DNA of 42,209 nt from contig JBDHJS010000059.1 in the NCBI GenBank assembly GCA_039586795.1, positions 15,505 through 57,713 of the forward strand. The letters run 5' to 3'. Positions 18,507 to 29,951 of the stretch are shown here, piece by piece. The notes under the pieces were generated by a model that had not been told where the DNA came from, did no database searches, and saw only the letters and a program-made list of their open reading frames with translations. How positions within the stretch are numbered: position 1 is the first letter of the stretch; the number at the start of each line of letters is the position of its first letter. The stretch comes from Gemmatimonadota bacterium. GTDB taxonomy: Bacteria > Gemmatimonadota > Gemmatimonadetes > Palauibacterales > KS3-K002. Made by a program: the position numbers and the translations under genes.

Positions 18507-20045
18507 ATGAGCGACCTCTACGGTGTGGAACGGTTGCCTCTGCCACGGGCTCAGGAGATGGCGGAGATCGATCGTCGTGCCCGTGAAGAGCATGGCATCC
18601 CCGAGCGGCTGCTCATGGAAAGCGCCGGGCGTGCCATCGCCATGGTTGTGCAGCACCTTTACCCAACGGGCCGGGTGGTGGGCGCCGTGGGAAGCGGACA
18701 CAACGGCGGCGATGCGTACATTGCCCTCCGCTCGCTGCACAGCTGGGGTCGAGATGTGGTCGCTGTTCAGGCGGGCAGCCAGGCGCCCGACAACTCACTG
18801 ACCCATCGTTGGGACGTACCCCTCCGCTCCGCCGATTCCGCCGAACTCGCTTTTGGCTCCGCCGACGTCATCCTCGACGGCATCCTCGGTACAGGCACCA
18901 ACGGCGCGCCCAGCGAGAAGGCGACGAGACTCATTGAAGCGATGAACGCGGCCAACGCCGTGCGCGTTGCCGTTGATGGCCCGTCTGGCATCGACTTCAG
19001 CAGCGGCATCATTCCTGGCGCCTGCTTCAACGCCGATCTTACCGTCACCCTCGGCTATCCAAAGACGGGCCTCCTCTTCCAGCCGGGACGTTCTCATTGT
19101 GGGCGCATCGTCGCCTGCGAGATCGGTTTCCAACCAGTGGCGAACGAGGATGTCTCCGCCTTCGTGCTGACGCCCGACTGGGCTCGCGAGCTGCGGCCTG
19201 GCCGAGCACCTGAGGCGCACAAAGGTGACGCCGGCTACTTGCTGATCGCCGCCGGTCGCAGCGGCATGTCGGGCGCGGCCGTGCTCGCCGCGCGAGGTGC
19301 TCTCGCGATGGGCGCTGGAATCGTTCGCATCGCTTCCGATGCCGACAACCGCACGATCTGCCAGACCACCGTGCCGGAGGCCATCTTCGTCGACATCGAT
19401 GATGACGAGGAGATGGAAGAGGCGGCGCAGTGGGCCCACGCCGTCGTCGTCGGACCTGGCCTCGGTCGCGATAAGCTGGCCCAGCAACGCTTCGGGCGTG
19501 TGCTGACTTCCACCGGATCGCTCCCCGTTCTCATCGATGCCGACGGTCTGAACCTGTTCGCCGGTCGTGCTGGCGTACTGACCGAGATGGCCCGCAACCG
19601 GCCCGTCGCCATCACGCCGCACCCCGGCGAGATGGCGCGACTGGTCGATCAAAGCATCGACGCGATCCGTAGTGATCCTGTGGCCGTCGCTGCCCGCGCC
19701 GCCGAGCAGCTCCGTTGCGCGGTGCTCCTCAAGGGCGCGCCATCTGTCATCGCGCTCAGCCACGAGCCGGTGCTCGTCTCTTCGGCGACATCCTCGGCTG
19801 CCGCCTCTGGCGGATCGGGCGACGTTCTCTCCGGAGCCTGCGGCGCCATGCTCGCCGCGCGCATGCCCCGGCGTGAGGCCCTGGGAGTAGGTCTCTTCTA
19901 CTGCTCCCGCGCTGCTATGCTGGGACCGCTCATCGGGCGCAGCTCGCTCCAGTTGGTCGACGGCCTGGCCGCTGCGCTGGAAGACCCCGGCGCAACGGAG
20001 CCGATCTTACCCAGCGTCCTCTTCGACCAACCGCCACCGCGGTGA
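18507..20045 (+). CDS. nnr: Bifunctional NAD(P)H-hydrate epimerase/dehydratase
   Basis: LMESAG, GSGHNGGD, HKGDAG, GPGLG, TPHPGE, GGSGDVLSG. Confidence 0.93.
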   Translation: MSDLYGVERLPLPRAQEMAEIDRRAREEHGIPERLLMESAGRAIAMVVQHLYPTGRVVGAVGSGHNGGDAYIALRSLHSWGRDVVAVQAGSQAPDNSLTHRWDVPLRSADSAELAFGSADVILDGILGTGTNGAPSEKATRLIEAMNAANAVRVAVDGPSGIDFSSGIIPGACFNADLTVTLGYPKTGLLFQPGRSHCGRIVACEIGFQPVANEDVSAFVLTPDWARELRPGRAPEAHKGDAGYLLIAAGRSGMSGAAVLAARGALAMGAGIVRIASDADNRTICQTTVPEAIFVDIDDDEEMEEAAQWAHAVVVGPGLGRDKLAQQRFGRVLTSTGSLPVLIDADGLNLFAGRAGVLTEMARNRPVAITPHPGEMARLVDQSIDAIRSDPVAVAARAAEQLRCAVLLKGAPSVIALSHEPVLVSSATSSAAASGGSGDVLSGACGAMLAARMPRREALGVGLFYCSRAAMLGPLIGRSSLQLVDGLAAALEDPGATEPILPSVLFDQPPPR

Positions 20046-21010
20046 ACCAGACACCTCTTGGACCCGGCTCCGAGTTCGATATCATCCGCCGCATCCTGAA
20101 GGACGCCGCGTCGCCGGGACCGCAGGTCGCCCTGGCATCGGGGGACGACTGCGCCCTCATCAACAAAGGCGACGGTGGCTACCTGGCTGTCAGCGTCGAC
20201 CTATCCGTCCAGGACGCACACTTCGTCATCGAGTGGGGCACGCCGGAGCTCATCGGCGAGCGCGCCGTTCGCGCTGCCCATTCTGATGTCGCGGCCATGG
20301 CCGCACAGCCCTTCGGCACGCTGGTCAGCCTCAACGTGCCGGGAAAAAGCGGTCCGAGTCTTGCCGAAAGAGTCGCTATTGGATGCCGCGCGGCCGCCGA
20401 ACAGTTGGGCGCCCCCTTGATTGGCGGCGACCTGTCCCACGGCGGCGCGTCGCTGGTCGTCGATGTGGTCGCTCTGGGTGTGGTGGAGAAACCACTGCTG
20501 AGGAGCGGCGCGCGACCCGGCGACGAGATCTGGGTGACGGGAGAACTGGGAGCGGCTGCGGCTGCGGTTCGCGCCTGGAAAGCGGGAGAGAGCCCAACGA
20601 ACAGATGGCGACGCGCGTTTTGGGAGCCTGGCTCGCGGATCGGCGAAGCTGTCTTCCTCGCCGAAGCCGGCGCCTCCGCCGCCATCGATCTCTCGGATGG
20701 GTTGCTCGCCGATGCGGCGCATATAGCGGCGGCATCTGGCGTCGGCATCGAGATCGACTGGGATGCGGTACCTGCCGCGGAGAACGTGGAGACCGAGCTC
20801 GCCCTGGCCGGCGGCGAAGACTACGAATTGCTCGTCGCTGTCCCGGGTGGCATATTGAACGACGAAAAGATCGCGGATTTTGCATCCTTCTTCGGCATCC
20901 CCCTTTCCCGCGTCGGCCGAACCGTCAGTGGTTCGGGTGTGCGGGTTTTTCGTGATGACGCAGAGGTCGAACTCGACTCCATGGGCTTCGACCATTTCGT
21001 GGACGGGTAG
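20042..21010 (+). CDS. thiL: Thiamine-monophosphate kinase
   Basis: GDDCA, SDVAAM, IGGD, IDLSDGL, GGEDYELL. Confidence 0.95.
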   Translation: MNQTPLGPGSEFDIIRRILKDAASPGPQVALASGDDCALINKGDGGYLAVSVDLSVQDAHFVIEWGTPELIGERAVRAAHSDVAAMAAQPFGTLVSLNVPGKSGPSLAERVAIGCRAAAEQLGAPLIGGDLSHGGASLVVDVVALGVVEKPLLRSGARPGDEIWVTGELGAAAAAVRAWKAGESPTNRWRRAFWEPGSRIGEAVFLAEAGASAAIDLSDGLLADAAHIAAASGVGIEIDWDAVPAAENVETELALAGGEDYELLVAVPGGILNDEKIADFASFFGIPLSRVGRTVSGSGVRVFRDDAEVELDSMGFDHFVDG

Positions 21011-21020
21011 ATTGGCTGGC

Positions 21021-23074
<2,054 letters not shown>

Positions 23075-23125
23075 GGTTTCTTTGTTCTACTGCAGTTGGG
23101 CACGTGCGAGGGAGGGGTAGCGGAA

Positions 23126-23518
23126 GTGGGGAAAAAGAGCGCCAGGAAGAAGCCCGTCAAGAAGAAGCCTGCCCGGCGGAAGGACTACGAATCGCCACGC
23201 GATCGGCGCATGCTCGACATGGCAATCGTCGCCATGTTGATGCTCGCTGCCTACTTCGCCGTCTTCGGCGGTGAATACAGCATCTTCCAGATCAGGAACC
23301 TCGAGAAGATCGAGGCCGCCTCTGGAGCCGAGCTGGCCCGCACTCAGGCCGAAATCGATTCCCTTCAAGCGCTGGCCAACCAGATCGAATCCGACCCCGC
23401 GGCCATCGAGCGCCTGGCCCGCGAAGAGCTGGGAATGATTCGTGAGGGCGAGATCCTCTACCGCTTCCGCGAGACCGCCGCTGATAGCACAGCCGCCGAT
23501 TCTGCTGGTGGACAATAG
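23126..23518 (+). CDS. ftsB: Septum formation initiator (FtsB/DivIC family)
   Basis: Single TM segment, coiled coil, IERLAREELGMIREGE; follows eno; GGAGG before GTG 23126. Confidence 0.8.
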   Translation: MGKKSARKKPVKKKPARRKDYESPRDRRMLDMAIVAMLMLAAYFAVFGGEYSIFQIRNLEKIEAASGAELARTQAEIDSLQALANQIESDPAAIERLAREELGMIREGEILYRFRETAADSTAADSAGGQ

Positions 23519-23612
23519 GCAGTAGACGGTAGACAGTGGGCGTTAGAGCCGCGCTAACGTCTACTTGTCTGCTCGCCCGATTGCTGCCTATTCTCCGTTG
23601 CCCGTTGGCCCC
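23514..23612. repeat. Heptamer-based imperfect inverted repeat after ftsB
   Basis: aataggc agtagac ggtagac agtgggc ... gtctact tgtctgct ... gcctatt. Confidence 0.65.
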
Positions 23613-23645
23613 CGCCACAACAAACCCGATCTACAGGCGGAGCAT

Positions 23646-23863
23646 GTGTCGTCAACGCTGCTAGCGCTCCTCGCCATCGCCTCGCTCTCAAGCCCGACCC
23701 GGAAAACGCGAGCACCTGGATCCACGTGGTCCGCGTCGACCAGTTCTTCGACCGCCCACCCTTCGGCACCATGCAACTTGCCTACCAGCAAGGCACCGCC
23801 GAATTCGGCGAGCGCTCCGCCCAGGGTCACACGGTGTTCTGCAAGGTCACGGCGGTTTTCTGA
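23646..23863 (+). pseudogene. Collapsed remnant of a secreted or outer-membrane protein gene
   Basis: GGAG then GTG giving the signal-like MSSTLLALLAIASL, joined out of frame to LKPDPENASTWIHVVRVDQFFDRPPFGTMQLAYQQGTAEFGERSAQGHTVFCKVTAVF* (C-terminal Phe). Confidence 0.55.
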
Positions 23864-24028
23864 GCCCGTGAGGCCTCCCTAGCCGCCCGGACCGGTGGTC
23901 CTCATTTTAGTGTAGGCCGGCGCTCGCCAGCCGCTGTCGTCAGCACGAGGTGATCGTGAGTAGTACGTTGGCCGACCGAACCCCTGTCGTCGTCTCGGCG
24001 AAGCCTTCGTGAGATCGAGACGCCCTTC

Positions 24029-25447
24029 GTGGCGTGGCAGACTTGGATCTACGATCTCTATCTGGTCGCTGTCGTTATCGGCGCGCTACTCATCTTCATC
24101 CGAAACTGGAGCATGCCGGCGCTGCTAATCATCGACTATTCGGTGGTCACCTTTTGCATCCTTCTCTCGTTCTTCATCTCCGTCGTCTTCGACCGCAACC
24201 AGATCCCGATATTCGCCATGTCGATCCTGCTCCTGGTGCACGCGGCGTTTGTCCCCGTACCGGTGCGCTATCAGGTGGGCTTAGCATTGACGGCGGCACT
24301 CGGCTTCAGCCTGGTGGCCGCACTGGGGTGGGCGTACGTCCCGGGTATTCGAGACTACTGGGTGGCGAACGAGGGGGCAGCTCAATTCCGTGCGCCCCTG
24401 TGGGAGGGGACATTTCAGATCGCCGTCCTCGGAGCGATCTCCGTCGTCTTCACCAAGCTCCTCTACCACATGCGAATGCGCCTGCACGAGGCGCAACGCC
24501 TGGGGAGCTACGTGATCGAACGCGAGCTCGGGCGGGGCGGCATGGGAATGGTCTACGTCGCCCAGCATGCCCTCATGTGCCGCCCCAGTGCCGTGAAGGT
24601 CATGCAGGCGGTGCCCGGCGAGGGCGACCTGTCGCTGATCCGCTTCGAGCGCGAGGTCCGCCTGTCGGCCACCCTATCACACCCCAACACCATAACCGTC
24701 TACGATTTCGGTCGTACGGGGCAGGAAACGTTCTACTATGCCATGGAGTACCTGGTGGGGATGAATCTGGAGGAACTGGTGAGACGCTTCGGACCCGTTA
24801 CACCAGAGCGTACCGTCTTCATATTGAGCCAGGTTTGTGGCTCGTTGGGGGAAGCTCACGCGAACGAGATCATACACCGGGATATAAAGCCATCGAACAT
24901 CTTCCTCACCCACCGCGGTGGCCTGTTCGATTTCGTGAAGGTGCTCGACTTCGGCCTGGCAAAGCGTGTCGCGCCCGACCCATCCTCGGACATCACGACT
25001 GCCGGTGCCGTGATGGGAACCCCGGCCTTCATCTCACCGGAAGCGGCTTCCGGCATGCAGAGGGTCGGCGCTCGCGCGGATATCTACGGACTCGGTTGCG
25101 TCGCCTATTGGCTGCTTGCAGGTCGACCGCCGTTTGAAGCGGCGAGTAGTGTCCAGATGATCGTCAAGCACGTGCAAGCGTCGCCAACTCGCGTTGCTGA
25201 TATCTCCGAGGTCCCGCTCCCCGACGAGCTGGATGCGATCGTAATGCGGTGCATGGAGAAGGATCCGAGCCAACGATTTGCCACGGCCGTCGAGTTGGAG
25301 GCGGCGCTGCGCGCGGTGCCGGTGGAACGACCCTGGACGCACGAGAGGGCTCAGGACTGGTGGACGATGCACTGCCCCGAGCTTGCTGGAGCAGACGAAG
25401 CCGCTGGATTGGATTTCGCGGGCGCGGGCGACGACGCGTTGAAATGA
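24029..25447 (+). CDS. Membrane-anchored Hanks-type Ser/Thr protein kinase; N-terminus possibly disrupted
   Basis: N-terminal TM helices; LGRGGMG, AVK, HRDIKPSN, DFG, GTPAFISPE, DIYGLG. Confidence 0.92.
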   Translation: MAWQTWIYDLYLVAVVIGALLIFIRNWSMPALLIIDYSVVTFCILLSFFISVVFDRNQIPIFAMSILLLVHAAFVPVPVRYQVGLALTAALGFSLVAALGWAYVPGIRDYWVANEGAAQFRAPLWEGTFQIAVLGAISVVFTKLLYHMRMRLHEAQRLGSYVIERELGRGGMGMVYVAQHALMCRPSAVKVMQAVPGEGDLSLIRFEREVRLSATLSHPNTITVYDFGRTGQETFYYAMEYLVGMNLEELVRRFGPVTPERTVFILSQVCGSLGEAHANEIIHRDIKPSNIFLTHRGGLFDFVKVLDFGLAKRVAPDPSSDITTAGAVMGTPAFISPEAASGMQRVGARADIYGLGCVAYWLLAGRPPFEAASSVQMIVKHVQASPTRVADISEVPLPDELDAIVMRCMEKDPSQRFATAVELEAALRAVPVERPWTHERAQDWWTMHCPELAGADEAAGLDFAGAGDDALK

Positions 25448-25476
25448 AAAGGGGCCGCTTCTGTCGAAGCGACCCC
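25447..25476 (-). terminator. Intrinsic terminator of the cold-shock gene
   Basis: Minus strand ggggtcgcttc-gaca-gaagcggcccc-tttt. Confidence 0.8.
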
Positions 25477-25502
25477 CCGGAATTGCCGTCCGCTAAGACA
25501 GC

Positions 25503-25715
25503 TCAGGCGTCAAGCCTCACGACATTCTGAGCCGCAGGACCCTTCTGGCCCTCGACCATGTCGAACTCCACCCGCTCGCCTTCCTTCAGGGTCTTGAACC
25601 CGTCGGCCTGGATCGCGGTGTGATGGACGAAGCAGTCTTTCTCTCCGCCCTCGGGCGTGATGAAGCCAAAGCCCTTGCTGTCGTTGAACCACTTGACGGT
25701 TCCGGTCATACGCAT
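25503..25715 (-). CDS. Cold-shock protein (CspA family)
   Basis: [29 protein letters not shown]. Confidence 0.97.
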   Translation of the reverse strand: MRMTGTVKWFNDSKGFGFITPEGGEKDCFVHHTAIQADGFKTLKEGERVEFDMVEGQKGPAAQNVVRLDA

Positions 25716-26094
25716 CTGCCGTACTCCCTTTTTGTTGCTGTAATCGGAGTCCGGCAGTGCCGCACATACCGACTACATGTCCTGCACGGTCCTTGAGCCC
25801 CCGCGCTGGGCTCGCCGCCGGCGGCCCGCAAGCCAAACCCACGACGGTACTGAGCCGAGAACGCCAAAAAGGACCTGGAAACCTGAGCCAGGTCCCGCGT
25901 CATCCAAAAATATTCTCAGCGCCAGAAAGATTGCCCTGGGTCCGTTCCGCGTCAAGGAAGGGTACCCATGTCAGGGAACAAGTGTTTGTCTTCCACACGC
26001 TGGTATCTCCCGCGCCTCAACTATATCTTCCTGACGGCTAGATCACCGTGTCCAACCACGCCGCCCCCAACCCAACTTGATAGCCCTGGCTCAT

Positions 26095-28035
26095 ATGAAC
26101 GATAGCTCCCAGATCTCCGCTGAATCACGATTCGGTCTTGCGCACGGTAGGTGGACGAAACCGCTACTCGCCCTCGGTTTCGTACTCATCGCCCTCACCA
26201 CCTACCACCGCACGCTGCAGGTCCCGATGAGTAGCGACGCCCGCTACCTGACCTACGACAACCAGTATAACCGTGAGGTCAGCGGCCTGGCCAAGTTCTG
26301 GGTCTCCGACTACTTCGCCGGCGCCGTCACACATGGCGTGCCCGCCGTGTCAGGCTATTACCGGCCCATCGCCAACACGTTCTTCTGGCTCCAATATCGG
26401 CTGGCCGGCCACAACGATGTCGTCTACAACGTTCTCGAGGTCGTCCTTCACGGAATCTGCGGCTTTCTCGTCTGCCTGGTCTGCTGGCGGTTGAGTCGGA
26501 ACCCCGTCGCGGGGTTGGTCGCCGGACTCTTCTTCGTCATGCACCCGGTGAATGCATTTGCCGCCACCGAGCCAGCGGCCGGCGCTGACGTACTCTTCCC
26601 TATCTTCTACTTCAGCGCCATGCTCACCTTCGACGCGGCGCTGCGAAGCAGCGACCTGAGGGCGGCGGCAGGGAAGATTGGGCTGACGGCGCTTCTCTAC
26701 ATGATGACGCTGCTCACCAAGGAGATGGGCGTCACGTTGCCGGCGGTGCTCGTGCTGATCGCCGTGTATCGACATTTCACGGACGGCATCGCATGGAAGC
26801 GGGTGCTGTGGACGGTCCCTGCGTGGCTAACGTTCGCCGCCTATCTGATCCTTCGCTTTGGAGTCGTTGGCGTCGAGACTCAGATGGTCGGCTACAGCGA
26901 GGTTCACCCGACCTACGTGATCGTCCTGGGCGCCATCAAGGGGATCTTGATTCACTTTTCGCGAATGTTATTGCCGCTGGGCGCAACCTACCCCGAGATC
27001 AACCCGTGGCTGGTGAACTTCGTCGGGTCACCATTTACCGATCCGCTCACCTATGTCTCATTGGCGGTAGTGGGAGCGATCGCCGTACTGGCGCTCATGT
27101 ATCGATGGAACGCCTATATCGCGTTCTGGAGCGGCTTCTTCCTCGTGACCTACTCGCCGCTGACCCGCGTCGATAGCATCGCAGGATCGTTCGGACACAA
27201 CATCGTGCTCACGGAAGAGCGCTGGATCTATCTGCCCGCCGTCGCCGTTGCCGCCGTGATTGGGTACGGTGTTGCCAAGCTGGCGGTGATCGTCGGGAGA
27301 AAGTGGCCCGCCCGTAACGCGCAGGTCGCGATGTTCAGCGGCGTTGCCATCGTATTGTTGTTGTTCGGACGCGCCGCTTACCTGCATGCTGGTCGCCACG
27401 AGGACCCGCATGCTCGGCTGCGCCAACTGTACTTGTTACCCGAAGAAGAACTGCACCGTATGCAGCGGGCGAACAAGCTGATGCTCTACGCCGAGTGGGT
27501 GGCCACTCCCTCCGGAGACCTGGAGGAGGCGGAGCAACGCATGCGGGAAGCCTACGAGTGGGTCCCCGACTCACCCATCACCGCGGGCGCTCTCGCCACG
27601 ACGCTCAGCCGACGCGGGAAGTGGCAGGAGGTCGTAGATGTGTTGCAGCCCTGGCTCTTCCCCGATCCGCAGATGCTCATGGACGAGAAGGAGACGAACT
27701 TCAGGGTCGGTGATGACTACAATCGCGTCAGCACGATGATCCCCATCGTGCTCGCCAAGGCCTACGCCCGCCTGGGCGCCGGCCGCGCTGCCGCCGGTCT
27801 GGCGTGCGAGTCGGTGGTCCGCGAATTCGACCAGACGCGTATCGCGGAAGTTCTCCAAGAGAACTGGGCGCTCAACGGACCGGCGCGCTGTATAGACGCG
27901 CCCGATCAAGACGCCTGTATTCCCAGCGTTCCGCTTCCCCCGGATGCTGGCTGGGAGCCGCCGTACACATGGCAGGCCTGCGCGGCTTGGCCAGAGACCT
28001 GGGACCGTTTGACGAGCGGGGACTCTGGCCAATGA
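26095..28035 (+). CDS. GT-C/TMTC-like multi-pass membrane protein with a TPR-like C-terminus
   Basis: YYRP, HP...E, TKE and ERWIYLP motifs; about 11 TM segments; helical C-terminal region. Confidence 0.75.
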   Translation: MNDSSQISAESRFGLAHGRWTKPLLALGFVLIALTTYHRTLQVPMSSDARYLTYDNQYNREVSGLAKFWVSDYFAGAVTHGVPAVSGYYRPIANTFFWLQYRLAGHNDVVYNVLEVVLHGICGFLVCLVCWRLSRNPVAGLVAGLFFVMHPVNAFAATEPAAGADVLFPIFYFSAMLTFDAALRSSDLRAAAGKIGLTALLYMMTLLTKEMGVTLPAVLVLIAVYRHFTDGIAWKRVLWTVPAWLTFAAYLILRFGVVGVETQMVGYSEVHPTYVIVLGAIKGILIHFSRMLLPLGATYPEINPWLVNFVGSPFTDPLTYVSLAVVGAIAVLALMYRWNAYIAFWSGFFLVTYSPLTRVDSIAGSFGHNIVLTEERWIYLPAVAVAAVIGYGVAKLAVIVGRKWPARNAQVAMFSGVAIVLLLFGRAAYLHAGRHEDPHARLRQLYLLPEEELHRMQRANKLMLYAEWVATPSGDLEEAEQRMREAYEWVPDSPITAGALATTLSRRGKWQEVVDVLQPWLFPDPQMLMDEKETNFRVGDDYNRVSTMIPIVLAKAYARLGAGRAAAGLACESVVREFDQTRIAEVLQENWALNGPARCIDAPDQDACIPSVPLPPDAGWEPPYTWQACAAWPETWDRLTSGDSGQ

Positions 28036-28541
28036 ACGACCGACCCGTCTACGAGGAGATCGTACGTCTCTCGGATATTCTGAAAACCCTGGCTAGCGGA
28101 CCCGACGACCGCCTTTTCAACAAGGCGGAGAGGGTATCGGCATGGAGTGTCGCCGATCACCTGGATCACCTCGCATTGTCCAACCTGACGATGGTCCGCG
28201 TCATCGAGGACGCTCTGGCGGAGGATGCGACCGCCGCCGGCGGTCTAACCGTCGTCGGTCGTCTTGTCATGCTTACCGGCTGGATCCCGCGTGGAAGAGG
28301 GAAGGCGCCGGAGTTTGCTCTACCGGAGGTGAAGTCGGGAGACGAGTTGCGCAGCCGGGTATCCGATGCCCGGGAGGCTGTACTCGGTCTGGCGGAACGA
28401 CTACCGCAGATCGAGCGGTCCGACGGCCGCCGCAACCACTTTGCGTTTGGGGATCTCACGCCATCTCAATGGCTCAGGGTGATCGAGATCCACACGCGCC
28501 ATCACCTCAAGATCATCGACGCGATCGAGCGGAACCGGTGA
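28032..28541 (+). CDS. DinB-family protein
   Basis: WSVADHLDHL, HFAFGDLT, HTRHH; ATGA overlap with the upstream gene. Confidence 0.85.
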   Translation: MNDRPVYEEIVRLSDILKTLASGPDDRLFNKAERVSAWSVADHLDHLALSNLTMVRVIEDALAEDATAAGGLTVVGRLVMLTGWIPRGRGKAPEFALPEVKSGDELRSRVSDAREAVLGLAERLPQIERSDGRRNHFAFGDLTPSQWLRVIEIHTRHHLKIIDAIERNR

Positions 28542-28563
28542 CGGCTGCTTGGAGGACTAAACC

Positions 28564-29457
28564 GTGACCCTGTTACAAACCCTGCGTTCTGCGACGCTGA
28601 CTATCGCACTGACGACCATCGCGATTGGCTGTAACGACACATCCGAACCTGAAGACGAAAGCGTCTTCGGCGAATCATTCTACACAGCTAACCGGCTGCG
28701 GACCTACGTGCTGCGGCTACCGACCGGCCACAATGCAAGCCAGCCGACGCCGTTGCTGATAGCCTTTCACGGAAATCCTGACACCGGCGAATTCTTCGAG
28801 CAGCGTACGGGGCTGACCGAACCTGCTAGCGATGCTGGCTTCATCATCGTCTACCCGGACGGTCTCGAGTACACTTGGGGGCCCTGGGACTGGAACATCG
28901 CGTCGGACCTGATCGCCCACATGGCGGAGAACGTGGCCATCGACTCGAGTCGCATCTATATCACCGGCTACTCGGCGGGTGGGACTCGCATGCAGATCAT
29001 CATCTGCGACCACTCGGATCTGTTCGCGGCTGCGGTCAGCGTGGGCGCCACGCTGGAGCGAGCTACCTATTCTACGTGCGATCTCCCGCAGCCCATCCCC
29101 ATCCTCTTCGTGCACGGCACCGAGGATACCGCCTTTCCGTGGGACGGTGCAGTGAGCGGATCGCGAGAACGGTATTCCGTGGCTGGAACTCTGCTCCGCT
29201 TCGGTATGATGAACGGGTGCGTTGGTGACCCCGTGGTCGATACGCTTCCCGACCTGGTCGACGACTCTACTTGGGTCTGGACGGAACGCTGGACCGACTG
29301 CGATGCCAATGCCGAGGTCATGTTGTACGGCATCAGCGGCGGCGGACACACCTGGCCTTCAGGGCCGGGCCCCTTTCCGCCGGGCCGCATCACTCAAGAG
29401 ATCTCAAGCGACGAGATCATTGAGTTCTTCCAGGGTCACACTCTGGGGGTGAACTAG
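28564..29457 (+). CDS. LpqC/PHB-depolymerase-type esterase, lipoprotein
   Basis: Lipobox IAIGC; AFHG, GYSAG nucleophile elbow, HGTED, GGGHTWP. Confidence 0.85.
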   Translation: MTLLQTLRSATLTIALTTIAIGCNDTSEPEDESVFGESFYTANRLRTYVLRLPTGHNASQPTPLLIAFHGNPDTGEFFEQRTGLTEPASDAGFIIVYPDGLEYTWGPWDWNIASDLIAHMAENVAIDSSRIYITGYSAGGTRMQIIICDHSDLFAAAVSVGATLERATYSTCDLPQPIPILFVHGTEDTAFPWDGAVSGSRERYSVAGTLLRFGMMNGCVGDPVVDTLPDLVDDSTWVWTERWTDCDANAEVMLYGISGGGHTWPSGPGPFPPGRITQEISSDEIIEFFQGHTLGVN

Positions 29458-29888
29458 GCCGGCAGCGGCCCTCCTTCGCCCACTTCTGCGTCTCCTGGCT
29501 TGGACTCGACGCCGGCGGTAGCGCGAACGCGGTCGAGCAGCTCGTTGAGTCGATCTTCGACTTGACGGATCTCCACCTCCACTTGATCGCCGGGACGTGT
29601 ACCGCGCTTCTCATCGACGACCAGCCAGTTCAGTCGTCGAATCTCGGCGAGCATCTGTACCACGTTCGCGCGGAGCTTCAGGAACCGGCGCTTGCGTACA
29701 AACTCCTTCTGCTTCTCCACTGCACCGATCATCGGGCCGAGGCGCACCGCTGACCAAACGATCAATACCAAACAGGCCAGGCTGAACGCGAGCCGATCCG
29801 TAGGTCGATCCACAAGGACCACAACCCCGATCTGTCCGGCGAGACCGACGAGAAGAACGACAACTTCGAGCGTCAACCGCTTCGGCAT
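29454..29888 (-). CDS. Hypothetical membrane protein (2 TM plus coiled coil)
   Basis: GGAGG RBS, two hydrophobic segments, helical C-terminus. Confidence 0.7.
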   Translation of the reverse strand: MPKRLTLEVVVLLVGLAGQIGVVVLVDRPTDRLAFSLACLVLIVWSAVRLGPMIGAVEKQKEFVRKRRFLKLRANVVQMLAEIRRLNWLVVDEKRGTRPGDQVEVEIRQVEDRLNELLDRVRATAGVESKPGDAEVGEGGPLPA

Positions 29889-29951
29889 TTGAGCCTCCTT
29901 GCTCCATACCTCCCCGACCCTCGTAACACCCGTATCTCAGAACCTCCGACG

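Noticed and set aside
23554..23882. The three ORF-track calls in this gap (23554, 23565, 23588)
   Set aside because: Better explained as shadows or read-through frames of the pseudogene remnant at 23646-23863.
24034..25137. Long alternative-frame and antisense ORFs (also 18795-19763, 20201-21022, 35583-36338, 36342-37109)
   Set aside because: They overlap well-supported genes, lack motifs and are expected in GC-rich DNA.
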